Shown: in pieces, positions 1-10,939 of the stretch
How positions within the stretch are numbered: the stretch's first letter is position 1
Layout: each line of letters begins with the position of its first letter
Source of the DNA: Schmidtea polychroa
Lineage: Eukaryota
Direction of reading: 5' to 3'
DNA length: 64,000 bases
NCBI GenBank assembly: GCA_044892525.1
Contig: CM097885.1
Location: 47,617,727-47,681,726 of the forward strand
Made by a program: the position numbers and the translations under genes
Notes under the pieces: generated by a model
Told to the model about the DNA's origin: nothing
What the model saw: the letters and a program-made list of their open reading frames with translations, nothing else
The model's database searches: none

Positions 1-111
1 CATTAATATTTTTATTTTTAAATTTAAATAATCTGCATAATCTTTTAAATCAAAATTTGTTTTTGCATTTATTCCAAATGTTTTTAAAAAATCTAATATT
101 GAAGGAGTCAT
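1..111 (-). CDS. 5' part of probable adenain-like cysteine protease (runs off window start)
   Basis: Manual translation MTPSILDFLKTFGINAKTNFDLKDYADYLNLKIKILM resembles the Polinton protease N-terminus (xNFDLxxYAxxL...M). Its ATG overlaps the upstream ORF's TGA (ATGA). Catalytic residues are not in the window. Confidence 0.55.
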   Translation of the reverse strand, partial: MTPSILDFLKTFGINAKTNFDLKDYADYLNLKIKILM

Positions 112-953
112 TTTATATACTTATTAAATTTATCTTTTGAAATTATTCCTTGTTTTAACAAATCTTTAGAAATCTTTAAAATATCAGAATCTAAATTATT
201 ATGTCCTGCTTTTTTAGCTGCTAATAGTTTTCTTAATTCAATAAAAAGATTGATTGGGTTTGCAGCCACAGGCATCCCCTTACCCTCTGTAACAACATAA
301 CCCCTTTCATTTTTATTTAAATAATTCTTTAAATCTTGAATATGTTTTGCTTTAGAACTACCATGTATTAATTTTATTAAGTTTAAATATTTATCAATTT
401 CTTCTTTCTTAACATCATCTGGAAGATATCCAGAAATTAATCCATGAAAACCATCTGAAAGTTCAATGTCTACACGCTCTCTATTCATAAAAGTATTTGT
501 TGAAATAATCGCTGGATTATTTTTTGAATTTAAATATATATAAAATTTTTGATTATTAATTGTTATTGTTTGAAAACCTCTAGGATCATAACCTATAGTA
601 GGTATAATTGATGGAGCTAGTGATGTATTAATTTTAAAATTAATTGGAGTCTTAAGAGGTGTTAATCTTGAAAGAAATTCATCTTCTTCTAAATCAATAG
701 TATTTCTACGTTTTCTTAAACCCATTAATCTTGATAATTCCTTTTTAGAAGGTTCTATAGCTTTAAGTTCAGGGGTTAGAGGAGCTTCTATAGTTTTAAG
801 TCCCTCTATAGCTTTAATTGTTGGCCCCTGTTGTTGTGTTATTACCTCATTTAATATTATAGATTCAGCATGTTGAGTTGTATCTTTTTTATTATATTTA
901 TCTTGTTCAGATTGTAATTTTTTTAAAAGTGCTAATCTTTCTTCATATACCAT
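108..953 (-). CDS. Conserved Polinton/adintovirus protein (281 aa), probable virion-associated
   Basis: GKG motif followed by NPINLFIELRKLLAAKKAGHNNLDSDILKISKDLLKQGII, like the recurrent Polinton C-terminal motif 'L..L.ASK.AGN....EI..I...L...GII'. Confidence 0.7.
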   Translation of the reverse strand: MVYEERLALLKKLQSEQDKYNKKDTTQHAESIILNEVITQQQGPTIKAIEGLKTIEAPLTPELKAIEPSKKELSRLMGLRKRRNTIDLEEDEFLSRLTPLKTPINFKINTSLAPSIIPTIGYDPRGFQTITINNQKFYIYLNSKNNPAIISTNTFMNRERVDIELSDGFHGLISGYLPDDVKKEEIDKYLNLIKLIHGSSKAKHIQDLKNYLNKNERGYVVTEGKGMPVAANPINLFIELRKLLAAKKAGHNNLDSDILKISKDLLKQGIISKDKFNKYIK

Positions 954-975
954 TTTTATGGTATTAAAAATGGTA

Positions 976-1584
976 TCAATGGGGTTCGAAGGGCTTCAAG
1001 TATAAACCTTTACCATTTTTAGTTTTACAAAGGCATCCATTCTTTAAAGATTTACATATTTTTTTTAAATCATCTTTATCTTTTGAAGATAAAGATTCAG
1101 ATGTAGAAATTTGATTTTTTAAAAAATTATTTAAACCTTTACCTTTATAAGGATCAAGATAGAGACCATTTCCCTTGGACAGAGTCCCCTGAGACTTTTG
1201 ACCTTCAGACAGAGTCCCCTCATATGGATTAAGATAGAGGCCTTTTCCCTTAGCTTGCCCTACCTTCTTCATTGAATCGATTTCAGTTTGTAGTTTTTCT
1301 TTTTCTAGGTCTGTCTTTTGAGATTCTTTAGCTTTTTGAACTGTAGTTGCAATTCCTCCAGCTATGCCAGCAGCACCTGATAAACCAGCAATGATTGCAG
1401 GTATTAAAGCAGCTAATGGAAGAATGCCGCCGGATTTGGAGTAACTCCCTATACGTTCTTTAACTTGTTCTTTTACATGTTTTCCAATAAAATATTTTTT
1501 ACCATCAATTACTACTGATTTATTTTTATTTGAATTTATTAATTCTTGCAAAGATTCTTCAGTAGGGGAACTCTTCGAGGTCAT
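976..1584 (-). CDS. Adenovirus pX(mu)-like virion core/membrane-active precursor (202 aa)
   Basis: SGGILPLAALIPAIIAGLSGAAGIAGGIA parallels adenovirus pX GGILPLLIPLIAAAIGAVPGIAS. Repeated GxG-LYLxP motifs are candidate maturation-protease sites. Confidence 0.75.
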   Translation of the reverse strand: MTSKSSPTEESLQELINSNKNKSVVIDGKKYFIGKHVKEQVKERIGSYSKSGGILPLAALIPAIIAGLSGAAGIAGGIATTVQKAKESQKTDLEKEKLQTEIDSMKKVGQAKGKGLYLNPYEGTLSEGQKSQGTLSKGNGLYLDPYKGKGLNNFLKNQISTSESLSSKDKDDLKKICKSLKNGCLCKTKNGKGLYLKPFEPH

Positions 1585-1599
1585 TTTTAAATAAATAAA

Positions 1600-2409
1600 A
1601 TGGATGTACGAAGTCCAATAATTTGGAAACCAATTTTAAATAGACATAAATCTAAATTTAATAATAAAGTATTTCCTGATAATTTTAGATTATTAATTGT
1701 TGGTTCTTCTGGATGTGGAAAGAATGTACTTGTTTTGAAAATGTTGCTTGAAGATGGTTTTTTAGATTATAATAATTTAATCTTTTACTCTACAACTATA
1801 AATCAACCAGAATTACAACTTTTGAAATGTGGATTTGAAAATAAATTAACTAAAAAAGCAATAATTGATATTTTTAAAAATCAACATAGATGTCCTGAAG
1901 AAGTTTTTCAACCTTGTGATATGGTTGATTGGTATAAGGAAAAGATTTTAGAATCAGATATTAATAATAATAATGATTATAGTTGTGAAGATCAGGGGCA
2001 GGAGGCAATTCAAGTTTTATTCTCTAATAAACCTGAAGATGTTTTACATTGTGATTTACTTCCTAAAGATAAAATGAATCTAGTTATATTTGATGATGTT
2101 GTTAACATGAAAAACCAAGAGATTCAAAAGAGTTACTTTACAAGAGGAAGACATAATAATTGTAATGTTATTTATATATCTCAAACTTATTATGCTTTAG
2201 ATAAAAACTCTATAAGAAATAATTCTAATTGTTTTATATTTTTTAAATTAGATCGCCGTGATAAGAATATGATTTATAATGATTTATTTTCAAATGTTGA
2301 ACCTGATAAGAATATGTTTGATATGTTTGTTGATAATCATTGGAAAGAAAAATATAATTATATTTATTTGGATAGAGAAGAAGCTGAAATATGGAAAAGT
2401 TTGTTTTAG
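1600..2409 (+). CDS. A32/FtsK-like DNA packaging ATPase (left arm)
   Basis: Walker A GSSGCGKN, Walker B LVIFDD, RGRH motif, ISQ motif. Confidence 0.92.
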   Translation: MDVRSPIIWKPILNRHKSKFNNKVFPDNFRLLIVGSSGCGKNVLVLKMLLEDGFLDYNNLIFYSTTINQPELQLLKCGFENKLTKKAIIDIFKNQHRCPEEVFQPCDMVDWYKEKILESDINNNNDYSCEDQGQEAIQVLFSNKPEDVLHCDLLPKDKMNLVIFDDVVNMKNQEIQKSYFTRGRHNNCNVIYISQTYYALDKNSIRNNSNCFIFFKLDRRDKNMIYNDLFSNVEPDKNMFDMFVDNHWKEKYNYIYLDREEAEIWKSLF

Positions 2410-3785
2410 AAATCTGTTTTCTGTAACTCATTATTATAAAATCTACCTAATATTTTTTCATTATTTAAATCAATGATGCTATATGTTATTGGAGTTGTAT
2501 AATGTATTTTATTTATAATAAAAATTTCATTTGTCCATTTTGCTGTGAATCCTTTTTCAAATTTATTTTTATATTTAAATATTCTTACTCGGTCACCAAT
2601 TTTAAACTTTGGTTTTTCAATAACATCATTTTCAATATTTACCACTTTAATGGTTTCAAGATTCATGGAAGCATTTAAAGGTGTTGATTTTATAGAACTA
2701 TGTACATCATTATTATATTCATTTACAATCTTTTGTAACAACTCATTGTTCCATTTTTGTTTTCCAATAGCAGTAAAATATTTCCACATTTTATTTTTTA
2801 ATGTTCTATTTAATCTTTCAACTACGACTGCTTTTCCTTCGTTTTCTGTTGAATATAATTTAATATCATTTTCATTTAAAAACTTTGTAAAAACTTTGTT
2901 ATAAAATTCTGTTCCTTTATCACACCATAAATATTTTGGAATTCTTTGATGTTCTTCAAATATATTTTCAAATGCTTCTGTAATAGAATATCTTGTTTTG
3001 GTTTCTAAACATCTTGCAAAAGCAAATCTCGTATATAAATCTATTACTGTTAAAATTATTTTATATTTTTCAGGGTCTGATGATTTGGTTGGCATAAAGA
3101 CTAAATCTGCAGACCATGTTTGATCTTTTTCATGTACTTGAACTTTTAAATATTTTTTATTTTTTCTAAATTCATGGTGTAATTCGTTGGCATATTTTAT
3201 TTGTGATTCTGTTGGGGTTAATAAACTAGTCTTGGATATATTCCCGAGGGATCTTTCAGCATCTGCTTGTTCAATAATCTTTTTATTAGCAACATCTTTT
3301 GCCATCCTTGGTAAACTAGCACCTATGAAAATCTTACCTTTCATTGCTAATTTAACTAGAGCTCTTTGAATCTTTTCTTGGGTTGATGGATTTTGGATAC
3401 TATTTAAATCATGTATTAAATTAACATCTGCAACATGTCTATCTCTAAGATCTTCTGAATTGTAAGCAATATCATGTTTTAAAGCTGCTTGGTCGATTCT
3501 ATTTATTGGTTTTTCTCCTTGTTTGGGATTATTATTTTCATCTAATCTAATATCTAATCTTGTTCCTGGTCCGGTATAGTTGTGTTTAAATAAATGTCTT
3601 TCACCTGGATATTTTTCTGTAGTAAAAGGGGTTAATATTGAAGATGTCACTTTTGAAGATTGTAGGTCGCCTCCGGCTCGTGGAATCATGTCGCCTCCTA
3701 TATGTTTTTTAGTTTTTAGATGACTTGCTTTATGATGTCTTGTAACTTGACAATTACAACTTTCACATCTCCAATAGAGAGACAT
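2406..3785 (-). CDS. Zn-finger / parvovirus-type PLA2 / rve integrase fusion (left arm)
   Basis: CESC..H..H finger; YTGPG, HDIAY and AD PLA2 motifs; DDE triad WSAD / WCDKGTEF / VERLNRTLK; C-terminal KFKIGDRVRI...ELQK typical of Polinton integrases. Confidence 0.92.
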   Translation of the reverse strand: MSLYWRCESCNCQVTRHHKASHLKTKKHIGGDMIPRAGGDLQSSKVTSSILTPFTTEKYPGERHLFKHNYTGPGTRLDIRLDENNNPKQGEKPINRIDQAALKHDIAYNSEDLRDRHVADVNLIHDLNSIQNPSTQEKIQRALVKLAMKGKIFIGASLPRMAKDVANKKIIEQADAERSLGNISKTSLLTPTESQIKYANELHHEFRKNKKYLKVQVHEKDQTWSADLVFMPTKSSDPEKYKIILTVIDLYTRFAFARCLETKTRYSITEAFENIFEEHQRIPKYLWCDKGTEFYNKVFTKFLNENDIKLYSTENEGKAVVVERLNRTLKNKMWKYFTAIGKQKWNNELLQKIVNEYNNDVHSSIKSTPLNASMNLETIKVVNIENDVIEKPKFKIGDRVRIFKYKNKFEKGFTAKWTNEIFIINKIHYTTPITYSIIDLNNEKILGRFYNNELQKTDF

Positions 3786-3814
3786 TTTAAAATGTTAAAA
3801 TATCAGGGATTATA

Positions 3815-5107
3815 TCAAGAATCTCCCCTAACATTTTCGATTATTGAAATCTTTCCACCATATAATTTCATTTCTATTTTCTTTTCTTCTAATATTAATG
3901 TATATACTTTAGCTTTAAAATTAGAATCCTTTGTTACATGAAGTGTAACATCAACATTATTTATGGCTAGGCGATCATCTTGGTCTGAAACATTTATACA
4001 AAATATAGAATATAAATTTTTGAAATCTTCTAAACTTAATTGCGGTTCAACTTTGAAATCATAACATGTTTCAATATAATTTAGATATGGGAATATGTTT
4101 TCATTATTTTCAATATTAAATTCCATTCTATTTATTGGATAATAAGAACTATTTAATTGAATTTGGATTGTTTTTAAATTATCAACTCCAATCTTTTGAA
4201 TAAACAAGTTGTTATTTTTTTGGAAAGATGAATCTACTTCTTTGAATCCAATCAAGATATATCTTGGTCGGTATGCTAAATTTGCTACCTTTATAGAATA
4301 TGTTGAACCCTCTGTCATACTAAATTCACTACAGATTCTATTTAAATAATTTACATTTATAGACTTGTTGGAATTTAATCTTTCAAGAAGTTTGATTTCA
4401 GAATGTGGATTTAATGTCCATTCAGGTATATGCAATTCAAGTGTTGATATTTTTAATTTAGCTGTTGTATCCTTATCTCCATAGAACAATCTTTTATCAC
4501 CTTCTACTCTATTACAAACTAATTCTATAAAAACATTATGAAGTATACGGTTATAGTTTTGAAGGAATCCAAATAAATGTTTTAATTCAAAATAACCTTC
4601 AAATTTTTTAGATTTATAAAGTTCAGCTCTTTTATAGTAACCATAATTTATATCTAAACCATCTTTATCTAAATCCCCTTTATTAACATCAGGAATCCAG
4701 CCTGTTAATTCACCATATTCATTTTTATAATCACAACCAGTCAAAATAAAATTTAACATTGTAGAATTTACTCCCGGATGCAAAACAGTTTCAATTTCTG
4801 ATGATCCTAGTTTTAATCTCATGTTGGAGAATAAATTTGGAAAGAAATTATTTTCTAGGGTTATATCTTTGTTTGCTTCAATTTCTAATTCGATTTTATA
4901 ATATAATTTGGCATTACAAATATCTATAGGGTTTGATGTTTGAAGAGATTGAAAAACTATATCACCCCTACGATTTAAGTTTGCAATAGATCCTGAAGTT
5001 GGGGAGATTTTAAGTACATCGTTTTTCTTGATTTCATGAGTAAATTCTTTATTATAATCAAGATTTAATTTATTTTTTTCTTGAATTTTAAGATTTATAT
5101 TATTCAT
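3815..5107 (-). CDS. Probable major capsid protein (double jelly-roll/hexon-like), left arm
   Basis: 430-aa beta-rich ORF in Polinton context, with FPNLFSNMRLKLGSSEIE, LKHLFGF, RPRYILIGF and YSIFCINVS segments typical of Polinton MCPs. Confidence 0.8.
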   Translation of the reverse strand: MNNINLKIQEKNKLNLDYNKEFTHEIKKNDVLKISPTSGSIANLNRRGDIVFQSLQTSNPIDICNAKLYYKIELEIEANKDITLENNFFPNLFSNMRLKLGSSEIETVLHPGVNSTMLNFILTGCDYKNEYGELTGWIPDVNKGDLDKDGLDINYGYYKRAELYKSKKFEGYFELKHLFGFLQNYNRILHNVFIELVCNRVEGDKRLFYGDKDTTAKLKISTLELHIPEWTLNPHSEIKLLERLNSNKSINVNYLNRICSEFSMTEGSTYSIKVANLAYRPRYILIGFKEVDSSFQKNNNLFIQKIGVDNLKTIQIQLNSSYYPINRMEFNIENNENIFPYLNYIETCYDFKVEPQLSLEDFKNLYSIFCINVSDQDDRLAINNVDVTLHVTKDSNFKAKVYTLILEEKKIEMKLYGGKISIIENVRGDS

Positions 5108-5364
5108 TTTTATATATTAAAATTTACACACACAAAATAGGATTAATTAAATATATTATGTAAGCCATTATAGCGGAGTGGGAATAGGCTTCAATTTTAT
5201 CAATTTATTTTTTTTTCAACGGAATCTGATTCAGCGTACTGATTTTAGTATATATTTAAATTTTCAGATGGATCTGAGTGGTAGTTGTCGAGAAAATGAA
5301 TAATTAATTATTAATTTCATCAATAAATAGTCACACATTAACAACTTATTTTATATTGAGTATA

Positions 5365-5437
5365 GCTCTAATAGCTTAGTGGTAATAGCACTCGACTGCA
5401 TTGCCAATACCAATGGGTTCAAATCCCATTTCGGTCA
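5365..5437 (+). ncRNA. tRNA-like Pol III unit 1 (left arm)
   Basis: 73 nt. A box TAGCTTAGTGG, perfect T arm ATGGG-TTCAAAT-CCCAT (B box), GCA at the anticodon position, T8 run directly after. Anticodon and acceptor stems pair poorly. Confidence 0.6.
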
Positions 5438-5608
5438 TTTTTTTTCAAATTTATTTTTAACGAAATATTGATCAGCATACTCGATTTAGTACTTGTACAA
5501 ATTTTTAAGGAGATTGGTCAACGGCAACTCTTGGAAATTTAAGATCAAAAACGTTTTAACTTAAGCTACCAAAAATTAATATATCCAATAAAAAAAATAT
5601 TTATAAAA

Positions 5609-5878
5609 ATGGATGAGTTAAAAGAAAGAATGAGAAATGAATTGAATGAAGTTAAACATAAGAGAATGAAAAGAAGAGAAGAAGAACCATTAGAATACAT
5701 CAAAGAGTTGATGGTAGATAATGAAAAGTATCGACATTTTTATATGAAGGCTGTAGATGTTGCTGATATAAGATTGAAGAAAATGAAACAATTACAGGAA
5801 AGAGTTAAAGAACTTGAATCGATTATTTATAGTCTAAAAAATGAGAAAAATCCAAACCTAGATAGCACAGTGGGCTAG
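5609..5878 (+). CDS. Small coiled-coil hypothetical protein (89 aa), left arm
   Basis: AAAAATG start context like other element genes; charged heptad-like sequence. Confidence 0.6.
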   Translation: MDELKERMRNELNEVKHKRMKRREEEPLEYIKELMVDNEKYRHFYMKAVDVADIRLKKMKQLQERVKELESIIYSLKNEKNPNLDSTVG

Positions 5879-5927
5879 ACTGGCACCGTGGTTCAAATGG
5901 ATAGCGGTTCAAATCCTAACTGTGGTT
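5856..5927 (+). ncRNA. tRNA-like Pol III unit 2 (left arm)
   Basis: A-box-like TAGCACAGTGG (5863), B box GGTTCAAATCC (5906-5916) at tRNA-like spacing, T8 run at 5930-5937. Confidence 0.5.
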
Positions 5928-6614
5928 AGTTTTTTTTCAACATAAAATAATATTAAAAATTTGAAAATAATAGTGTGGGTATCTTAGATTTATAAAGTAG
6001 TTGTATATTTTATTTATTTTTATTTTATTTTATTTATTTTATTTTATTTTATTTTATTTTTTAAACATAAATATGAAAAAAAAATTATTGAAACGGGTAA
6101 TTATCGCCACCTGTCTTTCGAACACCCCCGGATCGATTCTTTAATGTGCACATTTATTTCTCAGTTGTTTTCGGACCTCTTTCGAATTCGCTTTCGAATT
6201 CATTTGTACTTTCGAGCAGCACGCTTAAAACGCCGATGAAATCGTATTCGAGCGAGAAGCGAATAATAAGGTGTGCTGCTATTATCGGATTGATTCTGAT
6301 GTATGAGTCTGGCCAGCTTGTATATTGGAAGAGATTCGATAAACGAAAGAGGTTGATAAATAAAAAAATGATCCGGATCAAAAAAAAACTGTTGAGGGGA
6401 CAGTGAAAAAAAAATACCACTGTCCCCTCAGAGCAGTTTTACTATTTTTCATTTATTTTTTAATTTATATAATTTAAAATCAATAATCTGATAAAGATCA
6501 AATATCCCTCTAACTTTTTCATAATGCCATTTTCTTTTCTATTCTCTTTTTAGTTTGAAGCTTTTGAGTTTGAGGCTTTAAAGATTAAGGATGGTTTTTG
6601 TTTAAAATATGGGG

Positions 6615-9600
6615 TTAAAATACTATAAAAGTATAGGTTTTATGTTGTTTTTCTAATGGTTTAAGCATAATGGAGGTATGTTTTAGTTGGGAGGGTTGTG
6701 TTGGTTGGTTACCTATTTTTGTGTTTTTAATTGTAAAAATTTGATGATTTTTGCTTGTTATTTTAGTCTGAGGAACCGAAAAAATCTGGTTAGTGTTATA
6801 ACAATCCAGGTATGACTGATGTTTTATGTCACTACCTTTCAATGTTACACCTTTAGCCTTTTTTGTTTCCTCATCACCCAACAAGCTATAACATTTAGGT
6901 CTAAGAAAAACCCATTCCTTATATTTAAGACCTTTATTCTCGTCTTTGAACTTTCCAATGACTGAATCAAGGTTCTTACTATATAAGGAATGACAACTAT
7001 TGTAATTGGAAGTATCTAATAAATTATCTCGAATCATTGCAGGTAAAAGAACCTCAAGTTTACAGTTAATGACTTCGAGGAAAAAAGAATCTGTATCACC
7101 TGCAACGATATTAATTTTACAATTAAACTCATTGCGAAATGATTCCAGATCCTTATATTGCAATTCATACATTCTAAGTTTAGATAGATCAAGTTCCAAA
7201 TATAATTTTAATAATCTCCAATGAATCACATAATTAGATTTTGGAAGATGAGTTAATAATAATTTTTCAACCTTAGACCCAGCAGGTTTCATTTTTTCAG
7301 CAGCTACAGGGAAATCATCCAACTTATCATGAAGCTCAGAAGGAATTACAAGATCAACTTCAAGAGTGTATCCATAAGACAAAGATTCAAGATTTAAATT
7401 CCTACATTCATCCATTATTAAATCAAATCCATCAAGAACCCAACTAAATTCGCCACAAGGTAATGATTGACTTAAAGCCCAACCATAAAGATTATTAATA
7501 TCTATATAAAGTAACTCGGTGTTCTCGTCGGTTTTTACGTAATGCTTATTCACAAAAGTAAGACCGCCTCTTATTCCACCCTCATAAAAGCTAAACATTT
7601 CGTTTTCAGTTATGAGCTCAATTGGTTCATTTAAAGTCATTAATGCAGAAGACCAAGACATACCAGGAATTCCGAAATAATTCAATGGTTCCAATCTATT
7701 GTGAGCAATAGATTTCAACCTAAACTGATGAAAGAAATCAGCCAAAAGAAAACAATCAAGTTTTAGGTAGATCATCATATAATCTAATAAAGTTACGCAA
7801 TTAGTTTCTACCCAAATCTCCTGAGCTTTTTCATACTCAAGCTCAGTGACACCCTCCCAGATTGGTGGTAATTCATAAGTAGTTTGGAGAATATCTAAAG
7901 AAGTGGCGAAATTATAAGGGAAGATTCCTTTTTCAGAAACTATAGTACCAGAAAAAGCAGAATTAGTAAAAGGCAAAGAATTCAAAGTTTTGACTGCTTT
8001 AGCTAAAGAATCATTGACAAATTGATAAGAATCAATGAATCTTAAGCTAATTTTGCCTAAATGAGCAATCAAAGAAATAAATTTTTCCGTCGTTATAGGG
8101 ATGCAGCCTAAATTCCAATTTTTAAATTTATTTAATCCATATTTAAGTATATGATGCATATCGTATCCCTTCAAGTTATGAAATACGATAGGCAAAATTT
8201 TATTTATTTTCCTATTTATGTTACAATTGCTACAAGCTGCACCCAAGTATTTCCCCGTAAAATGATCATGATCTCTAACAGGATCGACGATAGATTTCAA
8301 ACAAAGATAACAAACGGAAGCACTAAGAAATTGACGTTGTTCAATTTTCGTTAATTTAATCATAGGTTTCCTACCCATTTTATAATAAAAAGGAAGAACC
8401 TTATTTAATGCTATATCCTCTATAGCACTTAAAAAACTCTCGACGCAATCTAAACCTATGAACTGTTGATAAGATTTAGATCCGTCAAAGTTATTTACAA
8501 GTAAAAGACCGGCAGATATTGGTATGTGTCATTGGAAATGAAGATTATCAGAAGGTAAAATAGCCTCAAAATCGGCATAAACTACAAAAGGAGGAGTTAC
8601 TGTTTTCGACCAGTCAGTAAACTGCAATAATTTATTTTGAGGGAAAGTGTAAAGAGTTGTTCCTAATTGATTGCGTTTACATAATATTTCATGTTTTTCC
8701 AGTGCGTTTCTATTTTTAAAACCATTCAAACACCGATGGCACCATAATGATTGTATGCGTGTAGGACAACTAGTGTTTATGTGGCAATTCAATAACCTAT
8801 TTAAATTACTTATAGCAACGTAATGGAAATTGTTTCCTTTATTTAATAGTAGTAAATTAATTACAGTTCCATTTAAAACTTTGGAACGATGTATAATGTC
8901 TAAATGTGGATGTTTTAAAACGTAATTATCTGTTAATTGTTTGCTATTGTCATAAGAAAAAACATTAATTATTAAGCCGGGATTTTTGGCCTCAAATTTT
9001 CTAATGTCTTTTAATTTCATGGGTACATCTAATGGATTATATATTAAGTCTGATAAATTATAACTGGATGTCCTATTTCTAGCATAACTACTAACCTCAT
9101 CATATTTTAAAATAGCTAAAATGCTATATAAAAAACATGAATCATCGGTGTTTTTTATATTAATTAAACAATATTTATTTTTTAGACAAGTAGGTAGTTC
9201 AATGAAACTCCTACCACTTAATCTACTTAACCTACTTATTTTTGTTATAGTGAAGTGAATTTCTGTTATTTTTTTATGATCCAGCTACTACCTAACTCTG
9301 TAATATTAGTTATTTTCTCATTTAGTTCCCTAATACCTTCATCAAAAAATGATGCAGTTAAAGGTTTTGCGTAATTGGAGATATTATTAACCTTTATTTC
9401 CCCGTCTTTTTCAAATTCGATAGTTATTCCGAATTGAATTTTGACGGAGCCTAATTCGTTAATAATATCTCTCAATTTTATAATTAATTGTTCTGGAAAT
9501 ATTATTTCCTTTATATTTAAGTCGCTAGTATTTAAACTTAATATTTGATGGGTACCCCTTAGATCTTTTTGTATTATGGGAACATTACTCCCTATTTGTA

Positions 9601-10519
9601 TTATATTTAATCCATCCCAAGAATCAAAGGAATTGAATAATCCGACCTGGGATTCAACAAAAGGCAATCCGACCTGGGATTCAACAAAAGACAATCCGTC
9701 CTGGGATTCAACAACCAATCCATCATTGGATTCAACAAAAGACAATCCAGCCTGGGATTCAACAACTAATCCGACCTGGGATTCAAAAGAAGAAGTATCT
9801 AATTTAATTTTTTTATTTGTATTATTTTTTTCTATAGTTGAGGGTCTTTTAAAAACACTATCTTTTTTAAAATTAAACTTATCTAAATGATTTTTATGTT
9901 TATTATAAAAAACGCTATATGTTACAGGGTCACTAGTCTTACATACGGGACATATAAAATATGTTTTATTATAATATTTTTTCGTGTAATAATTCTCCAT
10001 TATAGAATGGCAATTATTATCATGTTCTTTCGATGAACAATAATTTGGATAAAGTATACCTATAAAATAAAAATTTAATAAAAATTTAATAAAAAAAATA
10101 TATATATAATTTAAATGAAATATTTTAATAAATGTTTACGCAAAAATTTACAAATTTTATTTACTAAAAAATAAAAATTTACTAAATTAAAAATATTAAC
10201 ATTTAATTAAATAAAAAATTATATTAAATTTCCTTTAAATTATATAAAAAAGTAATCAATACTTACATTGTAAATTTTCATTTCGATTTATTGATACATT
10301 GACATAATTTTTCTCTTTATTCGTATTACCTAAATTATTAATTAATTAAATCAATAAATTAAAAATTATGTTTACTTTTTCTTTTCAAATTTCCTTTAAT
10401 CTTCGATTTTAAATTGTCTTCATTAATATTATCTAAATTAATTAATAAATTAATTAAAATTTACCAAATTCCTGAATTTTTTCTCGAACATTCATAACGT
10501 TTTCTATTAAAGAATTCAT
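6615..10519 (-). pseudogene. Protein-primed family B DNA polymerase, disrupted (left arm copy)
   Basis: Mirror of 12369-16273 with the same introns, frameshift, stop and deletion. Confidence 0.88.
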
Positions 10520-10939
10520 TTTTAAAGGTTAATTATTTATTAAATGTGAATAATGATTGATTATTGTTTATAGATTATAATTGTTTATAGGAACAAATTC
10601 TAACCAATCAAAATCAAGGAAGGGTAGGGAAAAAATATATTACGTTGCGGTATTTTAAAATTAAAATTTATTTTAAAAACACATTTTGACGTTAAAGTAG
10701 AGTTATGTAACAAAGACATAATAAACTTATTATTTACTACAAATATTTCAGCTATCAAATACCTAACTAGAGATGATATATATTGATTGTTCATAAAAGC
10801 AAACTTAATCATAAATTTCAGTATATTATTTTGTAAATTATTTCTGTAAATTAAATTTTGTATAATTTTTCTGTAAATTATCAAGTAAATTTAAAGTTCT
10901 TGATAAGGTTAACTGGTTTCTTAGCTTATGTTTTTTTTT

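Larger units (their letters stand above)
1452..10939. repeat. Left arm of ~9.5 kb inverted repeat
   Basis: Reverse complement of 11949-21436; all mirrored ORF coordinates sum to 22888. Confidence 0.97.

Noticed and set aside
2243..3941. Short antisense/overlapping ORFs within ATPase, integrase and capsid genes (also 7006, 8151, 9576 and mirrors)
   Set aside because: Shadows of real genes on the opposite strand.
5365..5437. Functional tRNA-Cys(GCA)
   Set aside because: Anticodon stem (ctcga/gccaa) does not pair and the acceptor stem has two mismatches; kept only as tRNA-like.
6146..6420. Overlapping 86/88-aa ORFs on both strands (and mirrors 16468-16742)
   Set aside because: GTG starts and no recognisable motifs; better explained as a non-coding structured region.
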